Assembly: GCA_965208835.1 (NCBI GenBank)
Contig: OZ242358.1
Location: 4,480,001-4,544,000, forward strand
From: Candidatus Latescibacterota bacterium
Lineage (GTDB): Bacteria; Latescibacterota; UBA2968; GCA-2709665
Direction: 5' to 3'
DNA length: 64,000 bases
The position numbers were made by a program, and so were the translations under genes. Below the pieces are notes generated by a model. That model was not told where the DNA came from, made no database searches, and saw nothing but the letters and a program-made list of their open reading frames with translations. Position 1 is the first letter of the stretch; every line of letters starts with the position of its first letter. This document shows positions 59,392 to 64,000 of this stretch, in pieces.

Positions 59392-59760
59392 CTACAATTC
59401 CAATGGGTCGGCCGTGCGGATGACGAAAAATTTCCTTACCGGTTGCATCACGTGCCAGTGGGTCTTTAGTCCCGCGGGAAAGTGAACCGTATCCCCCGGC
59501 CCCAGGGTGTAACTGTCGCCGCCGTCTTCTTCAATGGCGACCCTTCCCTCGAAGACGTGGGCGAACTCGTCCCATCCGAAAGTCCACTCGAATTTTCCTT
59601 CGGAACATTGCCAGTACCCGCCGGACACCCTTTTGTCCGCGCTTTGAGTAACGATGGCGCCGCGTGCCGTGGGTTCGCCTTCCTGAATCCAATCGGGATC
59701 GATGGGCATGTCGGGCAGATTTTCCGGCATTGCGGCGGTTTTCATCTTCAACTCGCTCAT
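59392..59760 (-). CDS. Cupin domain protein (DUF861/EutQ-like)
   Basis: GYWQCSEGKF..DEF..EGRV..LGPGD..FPAG...WHV...RKFF. Confidence 0.85.
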   Translation of the reverse strand: MSELKMKTAAMPENLPDMPIDPDWIQEGEPTARGAIVTQSADKRVSGGYWQCSEGKFEWTFGWDEFAHVFEGRVAIEEDGGDSYTLGPGDTVHFPAGLKTHWHVMQPVRKFFVIRTADPLEL

Positions 59761-59790
59761 CTCGCGCTCCTTTACTCTAACGGGTTTGAC

Positions 59791-60801
59791 TTACAACGCC
59801 AGGACTTCCCGCCAGCGGTCCGCTTCGACAGGTATTCCCAGCGCCTGGTTCTCCTCCCGGGTCCTGAACATGCGCTCCCCGGGATAGGTCACCGGCTCGC
59901 AGCCTTCGAGAGTCTCGGCGGCGCGAAAGTCGGCGAGGGTCTGGTCGACGATTTCGCGCATCCGGTCACCGGCGACAGCGTCGGCATGGATGGCGATATA
60001 GACCTGGGAGACGCCGTATTCGTCGTCGTCCTGGGCGATCTGGTACGTCGAACGGCCCCCCGACAGCAGCGAGGCAACCAGATCCAGCGACATCGCGAGT
60101 CCGATCCCCTTCCAGTGACCGATGGGCAGCGGGCGCCGGGCGGCCTGGATGGCGGCTGCGTCGTACGACAGGTTTCCGCTGTCGTCGTAACCCCCGGGGA
60201 CCGGAAGCCGCCGGTTGGCGACGCGGTACACGTCCAGTTTTCCATGGGAATACTGGCTCATCGCCATATCCAGCAGAAAATGACGGCCTCCCGGACGGGG
60301 TATGCAGAAGACGAGGGGATTGTTGCCCACTTTCCGGTCGGACGAGCCGAACGGGGGGATGAGCTGGGTCGTATTCGTCCAGCAGATGCCGATACAGCCG
60401 GCTTCCGCGGCCCTCAGACCATACGTTCCGGCCCGCATCCAGTGGTTGGTGTTTCTGAGGGCCACGCAACCCATTCCCTGTTCTTTCGCGAGTTCAACCG
60501 CGCGGTCCACACAGGCGCATGCATTGAGGATACCTGGGCCCAGTTTTCCGTCCCATTGCTCCAGGACACCGAAGGCACCCGCCCGTTCTGGCTCGGCATG
60601 GAGATCCATGCCCTTTCCGGAACGGGCCTGCCCGGCGAACGACGGGAACCGGTTGACCCCGTGGGAATAGACCCCGTCGCGCGTGGTTTCGGCGAAGATT
60701 CGCGCCAGGGGTTCGGCGCGTTCGGCCGCGAAGCCGATGTTGTGCAGGACGCGGTTCAGTTCCGTCACCATCGTGTCGAATTGGATCCGGCGCTTTTCCA
60801 T
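59791..60801 (-). CDS. dlgD: 2,3-diketo-L-gulonate reductase (3-dehydro-L-gulonate 2-dehydrogenase, YiaK; Ldh_2 family)
   Basis: DGVYSHGVNRFP, LRNTNHWMR.GTYG, CWTN, DMAMSQYS.GKL, LPIGHWKG. Confidence 0.85.
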   Translation of the reverse strand: MEKRRIQFDTMVTELNRVLHNIGFAAERAEPLARIFAETTRDGVYSHGVNRFPSFAGQARSGKGMDLHAEPERAGAFGVLEQWDGKLGPGILNACACVDRAVELAKEQGMGCVALRNTNHWMRAGTYGLRAAEAGCIGICWTNTTQLIPPFGSSDRKVGNNPLVFCIPRPGGRHFLLDMAMSQYSHGKLDVYRVANRRLPVPGGYDDSGNLSYDAAAIQAARRPLPIGHWKGIGLAMSLDLVASLLSGGRSTYQIAQDDDEYGVSQVYIAIHADAVAGDRMREIVDQTLADFRAAETLEGCEPVTYPGERMFRTREENQALGIPVEADRWREVLAL

Positions 60802-60805
60802 CGTG

Positions 60806-61216
60806 CTACGAGTCCCTCTCGGTGTAACCCAGGACAACCAGCAGACACGGGCCGCCCGACACGACCGCGATGCCGGCGTCCTGAGCATCTTCAACGGCTT
60901 TCCTGCTTTCCGCGCCGGGTTGCATCCAGATGAATTCGATGCCGGCGTCCGCTGCTTCACGTACGATCTGTTCGGTTACCCCGGGCGGTGTGATCACGGA
61001 AATGCGCGCCACCGGTTCCGGAAGCGCCGCGAGATCGGGATAGGCCTTTTGGCCTTCGATTTCCTCGGAACCCGGATTGATCGGGTACGCCTTCAGACCG
61101 TGCTGCAGATAACATCGAAGGACCTTGTTGCCGTATTTGGCACGATCCATAGACGCCCCGACGACGGCATACGGACCGGTCTCCAGAAATGCATCGATTG
61201 TTTCATCCGGTGTCAC
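60806..61216 (-). CDS. CoA-binding protein (YccU family)
   Basis: AVVGAS..KYGN, YPINP, IWMQPGAE. Confidence 0.88.
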   Translation of the reverse strand: MTPDETIDAFLETGPYAVVGASMDRAKYGNKVLRCYLQHGLKAYPINPGSEEIEGQKAYPDLAALPEPVARISVITPPGVTEQIVREAADAGIEFIWMQPGAESRKAVEDAQDAGIAVVSGGPCLLVVLGYTERDS

Positions 61217-61251
61217 GCCAGTTCTCTCCTGCGGTTTGGGTTTGCCAACGG

Positions 61252-61704
61252 TTACAGTTCATCGTATCGCGGCAGGCTGTGCAGGAACCGGTAGCTCCGT
61301 TCCTCGCGGTCGAGCGCGTAGCAGTAGTGTGTGATTCCGTTGGTCACAACCAGGTAATTCGTCCCGACAGACGTATTGTAGCGCGCGATCTGATCGAACG
61401 CCTGCTGTTTGATTTTTACGTCGGGCGCCTTGCATTCGGCCATGAGAACGGGTTCTCCCCTGCCGTTGTAGACGATAACGTCGGCGCGGTGCTGCATTGC
61501 GCCATACGCAAAAGCCGATTCGACCGCGGTTCGACCCGCCGGAAAACCCAGGTCCTGAACGAGGTGCTGTACCAGGTTCTGGCGGACCCATTCCTCGGGC
61601 GTGAGGCGCACGTACTTCCGGCGAAGCGGATCGAAAATGGTCCTTTTCTCGCCGCTGGTTCGGATGTCGAAGTCGTACTGGCGGGGAAAGTTGAGGGATT
61701 GCAT
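61252..61704 (-). CDS. Stand-alone type I restriction enzyme HsdR N-terminal domain protein
   Basis: IFDPLRRKYV.LTPEEWVRQ, RADV, ECKAP, QIARYN, TNG. Confidence 0.88.
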   Translation of the reverse strand: MQSLNFPRQYDFDIRTSGEKRTIFDPLRRKYVRLTPEEWVRQNLVQHLVQDLGFPAGRTAVESAFAYGAMQHRADVIVYNGRGEPVLMAECKAPDVKIKQQAFDQIARYNTSVGTNYLVVTNGITHYCYALDREERSYRFLHSLPRYDEL

Positions 61705-61802
61705 TGGAATAGGCTGAGAAACGTAAAGCCACGGCGTCGAATGCCGCTAAGACCGTCCTCCGGATTCAGGCAGGTTTGTCGCCTGGCGGGCGGCGTCCGT
61801 CG

Positions 61803-62963
61803 CTACCGGGCGTGCCAGAGTTCGGGACGTTCGACGTGGCGACGGATGGTGTCCAGGAATCGGGCGGCCGGGCCGCCGTCGACGACGCGATGGTCGAAGG
61901 TGAGGCTCAGGGCGACCAGGTCCCGGGGTACGATGCGACCCTCGTAAACGGCCGGCCTGGAGACAATCCGACCCACGCCCAGAATGGCGCACTCAGGCAG
62001 GTTGACGATGGGCGTAAAGACGTCGATTCCGTACGCGCCAAGGTTTGTAATCGTAAACGTACCCCCTTGAAGGTGCTCCGCTTCGAGGTCTCCCTGCCTG
62101 GCCATCTGAATCAGCTCCGAGGTTTCCCTGGCGAGGTCCGACAGGTCTCTGGCGTCGACATTGGTGATGACCGGGACCAGAAGGCCGGCGTTCGTATCCA
62201 CGGCGATACCGATGTGGATCTCATCGTGCCTGTGGACAGACCCGTCCCGCCACGAGGCGTTCAGGTCCGGATGTTCGGCCAGGGCGGCGGCCGTCAGCTT
62301 CAGGAAAAGGCCGTTATACGTAAGGTGAGGAACGTCGAGTTCCGCGCGCAGAGCCACGAAATCCGTCGCATCGGCCTCCGTGGAGAGCGTCACGGGCGCG
62401 GTCTCGCCGTGGCTTTCGGTCAGACGCCGCGCAATGGTCCGGCGGGTGGCGCTTGCGACTTTGTTCGCGGACCTGGCCGGTGTCGCCTCACGGACGTCCC
62501 GTTCGACAATACGTCCGTTCCGACCGCTGCCCTTCAGCGTACTCAAGTCGACACCCAGTTCCGTCGCCAGGCGGAGCGCCCGTGGGCTGATCGCGGACCT
62601 GCTCTTTCTGCCTTTCGGTCGATCTTTGCGAAGACGGGATGGGGCGGACTGTTGCGGCAGGGATTCCGTTTCCCTATCGACCGCCGGCGACGCGGGAGTA
62701 GCGGCGGGCGGTTTTTCTCCCGGGCCCAGCAGGAAGCCCAGCACCGTGCCGATTGGTAACGTGTCACCGGGTTGAGGCGCATTGGCCGGTATATGCAGGG
62801 TTCCGCTGTCGAAGGATTCGATTTCGTTTATCGCTTTATCGCTTTCAACGGTGAAGATGATTTCTCCGGCCTCGACCTGATCCCCGTTCTGCTTGAGCCA
62901 CTCGACCAGGGTGCCTTCCTCCATGGTCCATCCCAGGCGTGGCATGACGATTTCAATTGGCAT
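61803..62963 (-). CDS. 2-oxoacid dehydrogenase E2 (dihydrolipoamide acyltransferase)
   Basis: Lipoyl domain VESDKA, binding domain SPRALRLA..GSGRNGRI, catalytic DHRVVDG. Confidence 0.93.
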   Translation of the reverse strand: MPIEIVMPRLGWTMEEGTLVEWLKQNGDQVEAGEIIFTVESDKAINEIESFDSGTLHIPANAPQPGDTLPIGTVLGFLLGPGEKPPAATPASPAVDRETESLPQQSAPSRLRKDRPKGRKSRSAISPRALRLATELGVDLSTLKGSGRNGRIVERDVREATPARSANKVASATRRTIARRLTESHGETAPVTLSTEADATDFVALRAELDVPHLTYNGLFLKLTAAALAEHPDLNASWRDGSVHRHDEIHIGIAVDTNAGLLVPVITNVDARDLSDLARETSELIQMARQGDLEAEHLQGGTFTITNLGAYGIDVFTPIVNLPECAILGVGRIVSRPAVYEGRIVPRDLVALSLTFDHRVVDGGPAARFLDTIRRHVERPELWHAR

Positions 62964-62991
62964 GGAGGTCATCCTCGTGAAGCGCCCGCGA

Positions 62992-63969
62992 CTATTCCTC
63001 CATCAGGTCGCGGATGGCCTGTGAAACGGTTTCCGGCTGGGGCATGCAGGCGGCCTCGAGCGGAGCGCTGTACGGCGTGGGCGCATGCGCGCCGTTGAGG
63101 CGGCCGACCGGTGCGTCCAGATCGTCGAACGCCAGGCTCTGAACCTGAGCGGCGATTTCGGCGCCGATCCCGCATGGGCCGAAGGCCTCGTCCACGATGA
63201 TCAGACGACCCGTCTTGTGGACGGATTCCAGTATGGTATCCACATCCAGCGGCGCCACGGTGCGCGGGTCGATGAGTTCCACGGAGATGCCGTCCCCCGC
63301 GAGTTCGTCGCAGAGCTTCCACGTCAGGGGAACCATATTTGCCAGCGCGACTACCGTGACGTCGCTGCCTTTGCGGCGGACCTCGGCCTGTCCGAAAGGA
63401 ATGGCGTACGGCGTTTCGGGAACCGGACCCCGATGGTTGAGGATGGATTTGTGCTCGAGGAAGAGAACGGGATCATCGCCTTCCAAGGCGGTTTTGAACA
63501 GCCCCTTGGCGTCGTACGGCATAGCAGGCAGGGCCACGCGGAAACCCGGCAGATGCGCGAAAACGGGATAGTAGTTTCCGGAATGGTGGGTGGCGGCGGC
63601 GCCGCCAATACCGACACAACCGCGCAGGATCACAGGCATGGACAGGCGGCCGCTGCTCATATACTGCATTTTGGCGATCTGGTTGACCATCTCGCCAAAG
63701 CCGTCCAGGATGAAGTCGATGAACATGAAGTCCACCACGGGCCGCGCGCCGGCCATGGCCGCGCCCGTGCAGAGCCCGATAAAGCCCCGCTCGCAGATGG
63801 GGGTATCGCACACACGCATGGGACCGTAGCGTTCGTAAAGTCCGGTGGTGGTATTGAAGTTGCCGCCCCGCTCGCCCACGCCTTCGCCCACGACGAAGAT
63901 GGTCGGGTCCGCCGCCATGGCATCGGACAGGGCTTCGCGCGCGGCTTCCGTAAACGTGATTTCACGCAT
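62992..63969 (-). CDS. 2-oxoacid/acetoin dehydrogenase E1 beta subunit
   Basis: DTPICE.GF.G, QIAK..YMSSG, DPVLFLEHK, IDPRTVAPLD, KTGRL. Confidence 0.93.
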   Translation of the reverse strand: MREITFTEAAREALSDAMAADPTIFVVGEGVGERGGNFNTTTGLYERYGPMRVCDTPICERGFIGLCTGAAMAGARPVVDFMFIDFILDGFGEMVNQIAKMQYMSSGRLSMPVILRGCVGIGGAAATHHSGNYYPVFAHLPGFRVALPAMPYDAKGLFKTALEGDDPVLFLEHKSILNHRGPVPETPYAIPFGQAEVRRKGSDVTVVALANMVPLTWKLCDELAGDGISVELIDPRTVAPLDVDTILESVHKTGRLIIVDEAFGPCGIGAEIAAQVQSLAFDDLDAPVGRLNGAHAPTPYSAPLEAACMPQPETVSQAIRDLMEE

Positions 63970-64000
63970 GGTTCGCATCCTGTCCGCTGAAGACGTGGTC
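63962..64000 (-). CDS. C-terminal tail of an upstream gene, probably E1 alpha (partial)
   Basis: Reads DHVFSGQDANHA* and overlaps the E1 beta start; operon order alpha-beta-E2. Confidence 0.55.
   Translation of the reverse strand, partial: DHVFSGQDANHA

Noticed and set aside
61252-61704. HsdR N-terminal protein as a restriction or defence system
   Set aside because: No hsdM/hsdS or helicase domain. This stand-alone family is a common conserved gene embedded among housekeeping genes.

Overview
GC-rich bacterial chromosomal window, densely coding. It contains no rRNA, tRNA, CRISPR array, transposase, integrase or phage genes. The gene content points to an FCB-group heterotroph such as Latescibacterota or a Gemmatimonadota relative, possibly host- or sponge-associated (inference). 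Markers are a GWxTD/TPR protein, a dockerin/EF-hand 'DFGDFVLFAQGFG' C-terminal module, a heparinase II/III protein, a sialidase, several class III aminotransferases and Gfo/Idh/MocA enzymes, and a giant FN3/Ig surface protein. Left part, mostly minus strand: a >1650-aa FN3+He_PIG surface protein running off the left edge (absent from the ORF track), fetAB-like ABC genes, an AGE-family epimerase, a 2OG-Fe(II) oxygenase, dCMP deaminase, a BCCT transporter followed by a TonB-dependent receptor, a PTS-IIA/PII-like/two-antiporter module, a SelA/DgaE-like PLP enzyme, a GWxTD protein and a heparinase II/III protein. Middle: a cold-shock gene, sthA, RluA and a long catabolic run. Right: psd, a LamG protein with an inserted propeller, an erythritol/threitol-type dehydrogenase, a duplicated CPBP protease, dlgD and 2-oxoacid dehydrogenase E1/E2 genes. 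The intergenic regions carry several families of palindromic MITE/REP-like repeats and two candidate structured RNAs (about 30412-30535 and 35132-35227). All product calls come from motif recognition, not database searches.
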